A stretch of 64,000 nucleotides of DNA, taken from the NCBI RefSeq assembly GCF_009914755.1, contig NC_060928.1; one strand, written 5' to 3'. Position numbers and translations under genes: made by a program. This stretch comes from the human T2T-CHM13v2.0 reference genome, Homo sapiens. Within the stretch, counting starts at the first letter, position 1. Every line of letters starts with the position of its first letter. The notes beneath the pieces are model-generated. The model searched no databases, was not told where the DNA came from, and saw only the letters and a program-made list of their open reading frames with translations. This document shows, piece after piece, positions 49,164-63,190 of this stretch.

Positions 49164-50315
49164 TATGATGTTAGCAGGTTATTTTGCTCATTAGTTGATG
49201 CAGTTTCTTCTTAGCATTGATGGTCTTTACAATTTGGCATGTTTTTGCAGTGGCTGGTACTGGTTGTTCCTTCCCATGTTTAGTGCTTCCTTCAGGAGCT
49301 CTTGTAAGGCAGGCCTAGTGGCCTGCCTTGCTCAGTTGGGGAAGTTCTCCTGGATAATAACCCGAAGAGTGTTTTCCAACTTGGTTCCATTCTCCCCGTC
49401 ACTTTCAGGTACACCAATCAGACGTAGATTTGGTCTTTTCACACAGTCCCATATTTCTCAGAGGCTTTGTTCATTTCAAACAACCCCATCAAAAAGTGGG
49501 CGAAGGATATGAACAGACACTTCTCAAAAGAAGACATTTATGCAGCCAACACACATGAAAAAAGGCTCATCATCACTGGCCATCAGAGAAATGCAAATCA
49601 AAACCACAATGAGATACCATCTCACTCCAGCTAGAATGGTGATCATTAAAAAGTCAGGAAACAGCAGGTGCTGGAGAGGATGTGGAGAAATAGGAACACT
49701 TTTACACTGTTGATGGGACTGTAAACTAGTTCAACCATTGTGTAAGACAGTGTGGCAATTCCTCAAGGATCTACAATTAGAATTACCATTTGACCCAGCA
49801 AACCCATTACTGGGTATATACCCAAAGGATTATAAATCATGCTACTATAAAGACACATGCACACATATGCTTATTGCAGCACTATTTACAATAGCAAAGA
49901 CTTGGAACCAACCCAAATGTCTTCATGTTCTCACTCAGGTGGGAATTGAACAATGAGATCACTTGGACACAGGGCGACTAACATCAAACACTGGGGTCTG
50001 TCGTGTGTTGGGGACTAGGGGAGGGATAGCATTAGGAGAAATACCTAATGTAAATGATGAATTGACAGGTACAGCAAACCAACATGCCACTTGTATAACT
50101 ATGTATCAAACCTGCACGTTGTGCACATGTATCCTAGAACTTAAAGTATAATAATAATTTTAGAAAGATACATATTCTTGGAATCTAGAAGAAAAGGTAA
50201 AATTAGCTGAGTAGAAATTGATGTTTCTGGCCAAGTCAATAGCATGAAAAGAAACATATCACTGAAAAAGAATTCAGGAATTTGCTATGTACAAGTATGA
50301 TTGAGAATGAGAGTA

Positions 50316-50445
50316 TTTTTTAAAGAGACAAAATCTCCCTATGTTGCCCAGTTTTTAGGTTGGTCTTAAACTTCTGGCCTGAAGCAATTCTCCTGCCTCA
50401 GCCTCCTGAGGAGCTGGGATTACAGGTATGAGCCACTGCATCTTC
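50316..50445 (-). mobile_element. FLAM-like Alu monomer
   Basis: tatgttgccca...ggtcttaaacttctggcctgaagcaattctcctgcctcagcc...gagccactgc. Confidence 0.8.
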
Positions 50446-50629
50446 TCAAGAGATGTTTTTGAATATCTGTGTCCTAGTAAATCTTTGCCTAGCCCAAAAG
50501 GCTAGGTAATTATTGGGGGTTTTCTTCCAGAAACGTTAATGCGACGGCTTGCATGCTTAGGGTTTGTATGCCATCTCAACTTAATTTTATAAATGTTTTG
50601 AGGTAACCGTCAAAGATTATTTTATTTTT

Positions 50630-52800
50630 TATTTTTGGATATTTAATTAAAATAGCACTATCTGTTAAAAGACTTTTTCTTCTTCATTAAATGTTTTGGC
50701 TTTTTGTTCAAAAATTGACAAATGATTTGCAAATATTTTCTCCCATTCGCTAGATTGCCTTTCTTTTCTTTTTCTTTTCCTGTTCAAATGGTTTTTAGTT
50801 TGATGTAGTCCCACTTGTCTGTTTTTGCTTGTATTGCCTGTATTTTAGTGTCATATTTAAGAAAACATAGCTAAGACCAATACCAAGAAGGTTTTCCCTA
50901 TATTTTATCTAAGAGTTTTAACAATTTCAAGATTTACGTTTAAGTCTTCAATTCATTTCAGTTGACTTTTATCAACTGGCGAATAAGGGTCCAATTTCAT
51001 TATTTTGCAGGTAGATATCCAGTTATCCTAACACCATTTTTTGAAGAAACTCTCCTTTCTTCATAGTGTATTTTTGACACTCTTGTTGAAGATAAACTGA
51101 TGGTAAATGAATGGGGTTTATGTCTGTGCTCTTTATTCTGTTCCATTGGTTTATATGTCTTTCTCAATATCTGTATCCTTCTGTTTTAATTATTGTAGCT
51201 TTGTGATATATCTTGAAAAAAAAAAGAAGTGTGGAAAGTGGGATGCTTCTACCCTTGTTTTGTTTTTTCAGAAATTTTTTGGCTATTCTGGCTTTTTTGG
51301 GGGGTTCCATATGAATTTTAGAACTGTTCCTTCTATTTCTATAAAAAATGACATTGGGATTTTGTTAGGGATTGAATTGAATCTATAAATCTCTTTGGGT
51401 AGTATGGACATCTTAATATTTTCTTCTAATTCATAAACATGAAATACATTCTGAAATGTATTTCAGAGTATTTGTGTTTCATTTCTTCCATTAAAGTTTT
51501 ATAGTTTTTGGTGCATAGATCTTCCACCTTCTTGGTTATGTTTATTCCTAAGTATTTTGTTCTTTTTTGAAGCTATTATAAATGGGATTGCTTTGGATAA
51601 AATATTGGCAAACCAATTACTTGATAAGGGATAAATATTCAAAAGATATTTTAAAAACCTCCTAGAACTCAATGAAAAAGACACATAACCTGATTACAAA
51701 ATGATCAGAAACTTGAATAGATATTTCTCCAAAGAAGACACACAAATGGCCAACAAGGATTTGAAAAAATGCTTAAGGTCACTAATCATCAGGGACATTC
51801 AGACAAAACCACAGTGAGATATCTCACACCATTAAGATGACTATTACAAAAAAAGACAAGTGTTGATGAAGATGTAGAGAAATTGGAACTCTTTTCCACT
51901 GTTGGTGGTAATGTAAAATGATGAAGTCACTGTGGAAAACAATATGGAGGTTTCTAAAAAAATTAAAAATAGAACTACTATATGATCCAGAAATCCCTGT
52001 TCTGAATTCTACATTTTTTTCCATTGATCAAATGTATATCTCTGTGTCAATACTATAATGCATTGATTATTCCGGTTTTTCAGAATATATTGAAATAAGC
52101 TTAACGTAAGACTTCTAATTGTGTACATTATTTTCATTTTTGTTTTTGCTATTCTAAGCTCTTTGCATAGGCATTTTAGAATGAGCATATTAATCTATCT
52201 TAAGAAGTCTAGGAGGATTTAAATTAGGCTGGCGTTAAATCTATGGAAGTTTTTAGCAAGAATAGACATGTTAACAATATTTAACCTTCTAATAAATTAT
52301 ATATATTTAATATATAAATTATATATATTTAAAATGGTTTTTGTTGTTCTTTTCTCTCAGATTTTGTAGTATTCAACATAGTGATTTACATATCTTTATT
52401 AAGTAAATCGCTAAATATTTTCTGAGATTTGGTGCCATTTTAAACTATATTTTTAAAGTTACAATTTTCAGTAATTCAATGTCAGTACATACAAACACAG
52501 TTTAATTTTATATGACAACTTTCTACCTTGTAATTGCTAAATTTACTTATTCATTCTAGTAAAAATTTTGGTAGCATATTTCAGATTTTCTAAATACAAT
52601 CATATGGAGGGCAAATAGATAACATTTTGTATTTATTTCTTTTAAAATTTTACTGTTTTTTTCTTGCATTATGTACTGGATATGACCTCCAATAGCATAA
52701 TGAATAATATGGTAAGCATAGGAATCACTGTGCTCTCTCCATCATGAAGGAAAACATTCCATCTCTCACTATTAAGTATGATGCTGTGGTTTTGATAAAT
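50630..52800. mobile_element. Old L1M cluster: minus-strand L1M host with a nested inverted L1MA/MB (minus 50722-51593, plus 51594-52007)
   Basis: L1 ORF2 3' sequence on both strands; strand switch at gattgctttg|gataaaatattggcaaacc. Confidence 0.75.
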
Positions 52801-55800
52801 GTCTGTATCAGGTTAAGTCTTCTGAGGAGCAGAAGTCAAAAAGAATTGGATGTGCAGAAGATTAAATGTTCAAGAGATTTTCAGGAAAAAGTATCTGTGA
52901 ATGGCAGATCCTGACTCTTCATTAGGATTACTTTCCATTCTCTAGAGTACGTGGTCATACCAAAGCCTCTCATAAACTAGCCATCATTTCTGTTCTGTCT
53001 GATCAGCATGCTAAAATCAATATAATGAATTAGTATAATACTCTATAAAATGTGCACACAAAGATCTTTTTAGACTATATATGACAGAAGGCTGATAAAT
53101 AAACAGCCTTAGGTCAAAACTCTAAATAAATATTGTTGTATGTCTTATGCAAATATTGCCTGATTCTTATACTCTTTTTCTGATTATTATAGAAAATAAT
53201 GCATTTGCCAAACCCATGCCTGTAACTCATGTACTTAAAGCTGTGTTCATCGTCTCTAGTTGTAGTACCACATCCAATATAACAGCTGCAATTGGAGCTA
53301 CCAATGGTCGAATTAATAGTAGCCTACAGAAATTCCCCAGAATCCAACCATTACTGCAGGGGACAAACTGGATAATTAAACAAAAATATAATGGGAACTG
53401 ACATCCCTGGGTGTTTCAGCTCTATAAACATGGCACTAATCTCCATATTTCCAACCAGGAATTGTTAAAAATATTTTAAATTTACTAACTTAGACAGGGT
53501 AAGAGGTAGTTTCTGAGGTTTTCCTTTTGGCATTTTGTACTCTGTACTTCGTACTCTTACAAAAAGGACCCAATATTGGAGTTACTCCAATTTTCAAATA
53601 TGTCATTACCATTTATGCTCTGAAAGTGTGAGGAAAATACTATTGGGTAGATCTATGAACCTACTTGAACCACTATAAACCAGGACCCAATTTATTACCT
53701 GGCTTGTATAAATCTATACTCTAACAAGGAATTATTGCTTGGGTCAATGTTAATTCAAACCCTTTATCAAACCATCCTAAAAATGCCTGAGTATATGCTT
53801 TCTTCAGTATACAGTGACCTAAAAAAATGACTATAGATCCTATTGGGGAAAACATATGGAATCATTACAGTCTGTACTTGCTCTGATGTTGCAAGGTTTT
53901 CTTCCTAGGGACACAGACACCAATTCAGTTAATAAGTTATGGGTCTGAAAGTTAGCTCAGGTCCAGGGCCTGAGCAAGACATATGTGTTTTTATGGGAAC
54001 AATAAAACACATATGTTTTCTTGGAGCCCCTCACTCCATCACTTTTCCTTCTTTGGATTGCAGATAATAAGCAACATTCTCATTGGTTGCCCATGGGGTT
54101 TGCTCTTACAGACACCATGTTCTATTAGCCATTTCCACAATTTTCTATATGTCATGTCCCCTGGAGAGCCTTCATTCTTGACAGCAATTATTGTGACTGC
54201 AGGTTCCTGACTTATAGGATTTAAGCACTGCCACCTGACCTTTATTATTTCATGGTTGCATGATTCACATGGCTATTAATGGATGAAGCTTAGTCCTTAC
54301 CTGCCTGGAAGAGCCATCATTGACTATCACAGAAATGATGGTATCCTTCTTACTCACACAAACCCAATGGTATTGGTGATTGGTGTTTACTCTTGGCCCT
54401 TCCAAAGAACATGATGTTCTGGGTGAGTTTTCTGAGCTCAAATATCATATCCATTTCAACATGTCTATTTCCTATTCATTTCTATACCGTCTGTCAGGCT
54501 TTTCCACTTTTTTCAGCATGGACCATAACTTTCTCCTGGCTTCTGAGATCCATGCTAGGAGCATGTCTGCCCCATCTTTTATGGTCCTTGCCAGCGTATG
54601 AAATACCAAAAAATCACCTCAAGTCAATAAATTCTTGATTATCCAGTCTTATGTTCCATCTTGATCATGAACCCTCAAAGTTCAATCCCAGGGATACACT
54701 CCTGGATTCTGACATACATGCTAGCTAATTCTTAAGTCCTTTGTTGTATAAACACTTTTTACATACATCAAGCTAAGCATATTCAAAGCTGGGTTGTATT
54801 GAAATCTACCTTTTATTTTCAACCTATCATGTGAGAGAGATGAGAGCACCTCCTCACGTGGGCACTTTTTGCCTCAAGTGGAGAGGATGGAGACTGAGGC
54901 TTTATCAGTTCTTTTCTTCACTGGGGAAATGCTAGCTCTTACTTGGGATTCTTGAGTCCACTCTAAAATCCCTGCAGACGTTTTTTGGCAGGTTTGCACA
55001 CTGAAAGCCCTTAGTAGTATGTACTTAAAGGTCTCCATCATGTGTTTTAGGAACATAGGTTGGACTCATGAAGTAAAATTACAAACTCACCTTTATTGAA
55101 CATTTATATGGGAATTCCACCATGCTATCTGACCTGAGTTTACCCTTTATTTTTGTACTCTCTCACACTGAAGGAGATAAAGGCTTCTTTATATGCCTAC
55201 AAAGGAAGCTCTCTAGTTTTCACACTTAGGCTTTAGCTGCATCTTAACCACTCTCAGTTTCAATTTATTTTTACGCATGGAATATTTACAACTTAGCAAT
55301 TATCAGCCAACTGATAGAAGTCCCTCCTTTCCAACTTTCCTTAGCTCCCTATATCTTTCAGAATCAAAGTCATTTTCCCAGGTCACTGCAGGTGTAGTTT
55401 ATTACTGAGCTCCCCTGCACCTACTAATAAGTACAGGTAAACTTGCACACAATAGTGTGGAGTTAGAAACACTAATGTGAAGGTCTGGGTATTTGAGATA
55501 TATGGGAAGAGTAGTGCCAACAGTGACAATGGAGTTGACTTGTTATAACTAAGTTGTATAAATCCTTTGCAAAAGAATAAAGTGAAACTGAGATTGGTTA
55601 ATAAGCAGCTAAGGCCTCCATGTGAAAGTAAGATAACTTCCTTTGTAGCTTTAGTAAGTGGCTTGCCACTTTTTTCCAGCATCTTTTCATATTCTACATA
55701 CCACTGTAATCATCTGTCAATTGGTAAGTCTTCTAGTCCATGAACTCTCTATAATATTGATTTCCTTGGACCCTCCTGTAATCATTGGTGTATATTTGGG

Positions 55801-56100
55801 CTCTTAGAGAAGAAGATGCTAAGATACAATTAGATGTGCAGGAGATGTCTTGAGAAAATGTTTGTGAATGATAAAGGAGGAAACAGAAATAGGGAGAAAT
55901 TCTAGGCTGATAATATGGGTCTAATACTTATGAAAGGAGGAAAAGAATGAGAGGAAGAAAAGAACTGCAGACTGAAGTGCAGTTCTGAGAAATTCTTGGC
56001 CAGGCCAATGGAAAGTCCATGTCCATTAGAAGAATCCAATATTACTCAGGAGTGATCAAGTTCTAGTACCCTATCATTAGCAGGGAAACTGCTGGAAAAA
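52800..56100 (-). mobile_element. Ancient internally deleted ERVL provirus: LTR (~55785-56100), gag, partial pol, LTR end (~52800-52905)
   Basis: Minus-strand peptides YTTKDL and WNIRLDNQEFIDL (gag, ~54620-54750); FNYPVCPLQ, PIAAV and GLANALFS (RT, 53191-53380); aattRgatgtgcag shared by both LTR ends. Confidence 0.8.
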
Positions 56101-56916
56101 AAAGTCATTTTCCACTACTCTTTCTCTGACCTTCATTTTTCTGTGCCTAGGTTCATATCCTGCCTAGGAAAATGTTCAGAGTGATAGTAGGGCACACTGT
56201 TTGTTTCTCTTCTTTAAAGGATCTTCACCCTGTACTCTCTTTTCTAATGCCATAAAACAATTGATTTATAGATTGTCTCAAGTTTGGTAGTTGTTTACAG
56301 TATAAGGATGAGACTAACACATTGCTACATTAGGAATAATCCAGATTCCATTCGTAAATGCTTGTACTACATTAATAGGTGCTTTATATATGTAGTGATA
56401 AACACACTTAAATTTAAGAAAAAAGTAATAAATGCATATATAAAATGAATATAAATGACTCTCCAAATTGCAATAAAGGCAGTTTTCATATATGACTTGT
56501 GGAATCGTTCACCTGGAATTGCTAGAAACAGAATTCTACAATTTACTCTGTTAGTCTAGTCATATGGATTATACCTATAAATATTCTTTCTCATCTTTAT
56601 CTTCTTGTTTAATCTATATAACTCAGGTCTTCATGACCTCTTTTCAGTAACCCTACAATGCATAATAAGTTGTTTTGAATTGTTGCACACTTTAGTCTGC
56701 CTTCACAATGCTAACGAAAAGTAAAAATTTAAAACTATGTTAATCCTTCCTTTACAAATTTCCATAGCGTCCTATATGGAAAGCCAAACTCCAAACTATT
56801 GCATACAAGTTAACTTATGAACTAGCTCCTGTTCAATTATGTCTCATTAAGAAATTCATTAAACTACTTACAAATTATCATATATTTTTAGGATCTGGCT
56901 CTCCTTCATACTTTTC

Positions 56917-58914
56917 TCTGTCAACTTTCATTTTAGAATCAGGGGGTGGGGTACATGTGAAGGTTATTTACAAATGTGTATTGTGTGATGCTGAGGTTTG
57001 GGGTGTGACCCTCACTCTGGTATTGAGCATAGTACCCAACAGGTAGCTTGTCAGCCCTTGCTCCCCTTCCTCCCACTTCCCTCTAGTAGTCCCCAGTGTG
57101 TATTACTGCCATCTCTATGTCTATGTGTACCCAATACTTAGCTCCCACCTATAAGTGAGAACAATCAGTATTGGGTTTTCTGTTTCTGCATTAATTCACT
57201 TAGGATAATGATCTCCAGCTGCATGTATGTTACTACAAAGGACATGATTTCATTTTTTCTGGCTGTGTAGTGTTCCAGGGAGTATATGTATCACATTTTC
57301 TTTACCCAATCAACCATTGATCTAATTGATACAGGTTGATTCCATATCTTTGCTATTGTGAATATTGCTGCAATGAATATATGAGGGCATACGTTTCATA
57401 GTAGAACAATTTATTTTCTACTAAGAATAAGGTTACTGTGCTGAATGGTAATAAGGTTACTGAGTTGAATGGTAGTTCATTTTAAGTTCTTTGAGAAATC
57501 TTGACACTGCCTTTGACAAAAGACTTATATCCATAATTTACATGGAACTCAACTCAGCAAGCAAAAAACATAACTCCATTAAAAAATGGGCAAAGAATTT
57601 ACAAATAACTTAAAGAACTTAAGCAAATTTATAAGAAAAAAACAACCCCATCAAAAAGTGGGCAAAGGATATGAATCCTAAGTGTCTATATGAATAGACA
57701 CTTCTCAAAAGAAGACATTGATGCAGCCAACAGACACATGAAAAAATGCTCATCATCACTGGTCATCAGAGAAATCAAATCAAAACCACCATGAGATACC
57801 ATCTCATGCCAGTTAGACAGGTGATCATTAAAAAGTCAGGAAAAAACAGATGCTGGAGAGGATGTGGAGAAATATGAATGCTTTTACACTGTTGGTGGAA
57901 GTGTAAATTAGTTCAACCATTATGGAAGACGGTGTGGCGATTCCTCAAGGATCTAGAACTAGAAATACCATTTGACCCAGCAATCCCATTACTGGGCATA
58001 TACCCAAAGGATTATAAATAATGCTACTATAAAGACACATGCACACAACATTTATTGTGGCACTATTCACAATAGCAAAGACTTGGAACCAACCCAAATG
58101 TCCAACAATGATAGACTAGATTAAGAAAATGTGGCACATATGCACCATGGAATACTATGCAGCCATAAAAAAGGATGAGTTCATGTCCTTTGCAGGGACA
58201 TGGATGAAGCAGGAAACCATCATTCTCAGCAAACTATCACAAGGACAGAAAACCAAACACCGCATGCTCTCACTCATAGGTGGGAGTTGAACAATGAGAA
58301 CACATGGACACAGGGATGGGAACATCGCACACCAGGGCCTGTCAGGGGAGGGATAGCATTAGGAGAACTATCTAATGTAAATGACAAGTTGATGGGTGCA
58401 GCACACCAACATGGCACATGTATACCTATGTAACAAACCTGCACACATTGTGCACATGTACCCTAGAACTTAAAGTATAATAAAATTAAAAAAAATAGTA
58501 AAACAGTGGGCAAAGATGTGAACATGCACTTCTCAAAAGAAGACATGTAAGTGGCCAATAAACATAAAAAAATACTCATCATCACTAATCATTAGAGAAA
58601 TTCAAATAATAACTACAGTGAGATACTGTCGCATACCAGTTAGAATGGCCTTTGTTAAAAAGTCAAAAAATAACAGATGTTGGTGAGGCTGTAGAGAAAA
58701 CGGGACACTAATACATTGTTGGTGAGAATGTAAATTAGTCCGCTCACCATGGAGAGCTTTTTGGAGATTTCTCAAAGAACTATGATTTGGGCTACCATTT
58801 GACCCAGAAATCCCATTGTATATACACAAGGAAAATAAATGGTTCTACTGAAAGAATACATGCACTCATCTATTCATTGGAGTGCTATTCACAAGAGCAA
58901 AAACATGGAATCAA
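56917..58914 (-). mobile_element. Older L1PA (PA15/16-like) with inverted 5' part, hosting a nested younger L1
   Basis: Reverse 3' end 56917-57510; sense piece 57511-57596 resuming at 58500-58914; TSD ccttcaYacttttc at 56903-56916 and 58915-58928. Confidence 0.8.
57597..58497 (+). mobile_element. L1PA5/6-like 3' fragment (~900 bp)
   Basis: aacaaccccatcaaaaagtgggc...ctagaacttaaagtataataaaa; flanked by aaaa(ca)Rtgggcaaaga repeats. Confidence 0.93.
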
Positions 58915-61079
58915 CCTTCACACTTTTCCACAAGTTTTGTCCTATGCCAGGAATGATCCTCCTCCACCCCCTACCTCAATTATTTGCTTGACTAACTCCT
59001 ACTGACTCAACGATATAATGCTTAGGCACCCATGAATCTCCTTAAATGATGAAAGTGTCCCCATAGAACTCTGCTTATTCCTATTATAGCTAGTGTTATT
59101 GCATTCATTGCATTGCATGGAATTGTTAACTTGTATTTCTCTTCCTTTAGACTGTGGAAACTTTGAAAAGAGTAACTATTCCCTTCATCTACGTATATCA
59201 GAGCTTACTGGTATCTGAGATACTTGTTCGACAATATTTATGAAATAAGCAAATACAAATTATTAAAATAATTCATATTAAAATTAATTATTCAAAATGT
59301 TGACATGGTCACATATCTTGAAATCCAGTGTCCCTTTGGGTGTTTCAAAGATAAAATCCACAGTTTTTTATGTGATGCAGTCACTGGGCCTTAAGCAAGC
59401 TGTGATGATACATTATTATAGAACATTATAAGTAGAGAAGTGGAATTCTACTTCAACCTTATATTCCCAAATTTTACTTTTGTAAGAAATCAAATAAGAC
59501 TTACACTTCCAGCAAGACTTTTTGACTAAAAGTTTGATAAAGAAGAATATGTATTTAAATTTGATATACTAAATTTGTTCATATTTGTTTGTAATTCATT
59601 TATTTAATCTTCCATCTAGGAAAGATAGTTAGAAATGATTTTAATATATATATGTCTCCCTGTCATTTTTGTTTATTTTAAAGTCAAGAAGAAAATGGAA
59701 AGGAGTTAATATATCACAGTGATACTTTTAGACAGGGTGAAATTGCCCCTTGGCTGGTTAATATGTATAAATGTAATCTCGTTTAGAATGGCTTAGATGC
59801 CCAGGAATTGGGAGAATGCCTTGCTCTATTTTAATCCTCCTGTCATCCATGTAACACATTGTCTTGATTGATGAACTTGATTTCCCAAAAAAAGCTATAT
59901 CTAAACCTGGTTACTAGTTAAAATACCCCAACCTTCCGAAGTTTAATCAAGCCAACTCCTTCACAAAATATACGGTCGATTCAAAATGACTAAAATCCTA
60001 TCCAATTTGCCTCCTATTCACTTTGCTTCCTAATAAGAAAATAACAGTGCATTTTACCATCTATCAATCTGCAAATTGACTCTGCTAGTGGTTTTCCTGT
60101 GTCAAGTTAACGGATAATAAATGAAGTTTGTAAGTAAGTTCTAATGATAAGGGTAAACCTTTGACAAAATGTGAAAAGGACAGCATCATTCAGGGCATCA
60201 GATATTAAATTACATAAAGAAAGATATAAAAAAGTAAAATAGAGAATTACATAATAATGTTAATTACTTCATAATGGTTAGTTCTGGGTAGTGAGACTAA
60301 GTTCCTTTTTTTCTTATAACCTTAAGACATACTATATGTTCTCCAATAAATATACTTTTTAAAATAAAAAATTATATAAGATTAATATCTCTTGGAACTC
60401 TATATAGAGTCTTTGCAAATAATGAGATAAAACATGTCTATAGCTGAAAATTCCAGAATAGTAATTATATTACTCTAACTTTACCTTTGATTTGAGATAT
60501 ATCCATGGATCAGCCTGTTAGAAATGATTTATTAAAATGAGAACCATGGTTCCCCTAAGCTCTCATTAGTGAGCTATTTCAGAACCTCATAAAAGTTCTG
60601 AAATTATATGCTCTGTATGCATGTATATGCCCATGAATATTATTTTTTGGCTTGCAGGTGGTCATAAATATAATCTTGTAAGTAAAGCAGTATGACATAA
60701 ATGAAATTTAAAATCTGCTGATCTAGGGTAGCAGAATAAAATAGAAAAGTCACCAAATATAAACTTTAAATAGATATTTGGAAAAAGTGACAAAAAAATC
60801 AACTCTTTGGACTCCTGATTACCTAATAATAAAATTATATTTGATGATTCCTATCCTTGGAGTCTGTACTTTTAGATTATATTCAATAACCACATTGCTG
60901 ACTACTTTGCTTCTCTCCATCCTCAGCATCTATCTTTCCTTCCTAACAGCACTCTGTTTTCCTTTTCATTATACAAACTAGTGTATTTTGTAATTTTCAG
61001 TGAGATATTATAGCCTAGGGCCTGCCATCCTTTCTGGTGGCCTGTGCCTCCCCAGAAGCTCTTTGGCTCTGCTTACTGA

Positions 61080-61446
<367 letters not shown>

Positions 61447-62882
61447 CTGGATAGTAACATATTCTTAACTCTACCAGCCAAATGACCTCTCCTCGGGCTT
61501 GGAATCTTAAGCAGATGATTCAAGACTAGAAGAAGCCGTTAATACTTGTTTATCTAAGCATAAATGTCCTAATGTTGCTGATAGTATGACTTTTCCCACA
61601 GTTTAGTTTGAGTAGCACACCAGAACTCCCTCTGTTTTGCTCCATTTTCAAAATTGCCATCTTCTCATTTTTATAAACTCTTAGTACTCTTATGGTAAAT
61701 TTCATTACTGCCAACAATATCCAGGTTTGTTTTGCCAATTTTTAACAAAGAATACTAACTGATAAAGAAATTGTTTCTTGAGAAGGGCTTGCAGGCAATG
61801 AAAGGGCAGGAAAATATAGTATTTGGAATTAGTTTATTAGCAGGAAGGGGAGGGAGGCATTCATATTCCAGGACCAGACCTATAGAAATCTGTGGTGAAA
61901 TAACTAAATTCACTGACAGCTGCACATGCATGGAAACAGGGGATAAGTCTTTTGGCAAAGCAGTTAACTATTAAAATAAAACACTCTGAGATCTTGCTAA
62001 AATGGCTGTGTCTGGATAATTGGTCATAATTCAATCCAAGAGAATGACAAATTCAAATACTTAATTTCTCATCTCAAAGAAATTTAATCTGTATAACCTT
62101 GAGCAATTGAGCCACTTGACCCAGAATTAGATTATTAGTAGAATGTTATATTCCCTTAAGATTTGGAATGGATGACAAAGAATACAGTCTGATTTGGGGT
62201 GAGTAGAGCTAAGAATTCATGTAGATTGTGCCCTATTCATCCTATTAAGCTGTAATAGAACTGAAGGGCATGTCTTAATGAGAAGGTGAGAAAATAATAG
62301 CTAAGAGAAACTGTAAGCTTCTAAACAATTGATGGCACACGTCTAGTATCTATGAAATCAAATTCTACTTTATATTCTATGTCTGCTGGAGGCCAGTGGA
62401 ATCTCTGGAAAACAAAATCTTGTACCAGAATATTATATTTATGTGTTTGCTTCTCAGTGCAGAAATTGAAACACTCAAATATTCTGTGATGGTCTTGATT
62501 ACATATTATTTTTATAGATTGATGTTTGAGTACTGAAAACAAAATTTCAAATTTGATTCCACAGGTTGTGTTAGTTGAGTTTGTAACTTTGCTTGCTCAC
62601 TGATGTGAATATTAGGGCATTGTTTGGGGGAAGACAATGCTCTTTTTCATTAGGATAATATTATTTACAGCAATATGGAAGTTTACTAAACCTTAAAGCA
62701 CAAAGAACAGCTTTCAATGACCATCCTCTGTCTTTCCAGAATGTTTCTTTGTGGATTGAAAAGTGTTGACTCATTTTCCTTAGTAAAGTTAATGATAATT
62801 TACAAGATAGGTAACTAAAATCAGATCCTAGCACTTTCCAAGGAAGTACATGGAAAACTCCTATTTTTTGTTAATAATTGAC

Positions 62883-63190
62883 TTTTTTTTTTTTTTTTTT
62901 TTTTTTTAGACAGATTCTCCCTCTGTCACCCAGGCTGCTTACTGCGACCTCTGCTTACTGCGACCTCCGCCTCCCACCTCCCGGGTCCAAGTGATTCCTG
63001 TGCCTCAGCCTCCCAAGTATCCGGGGTTACAGGCTCACAACACTGCACCAGACTAATTTTTGTATTTTCATTAGAGACGGGGTTTTGCCATGTTGCCCAG
63101 GATGGTCTTGAACTCCTGGCCTCAAATAATCTGCCTACCTAGTCTTCCCAAAGTTGTGGGATTACAAACATAAGCCATCAGTGCAGGCTA
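62883..63190 (-). mobile_element. Diverged Alu (J/S) with an internal deletion-duplication
   Basis: Alu dimer lacking gagtgcagtggcgcgatctc, with ctgcttactgcgacct repeated twice in its place. Confidence 0.9.
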
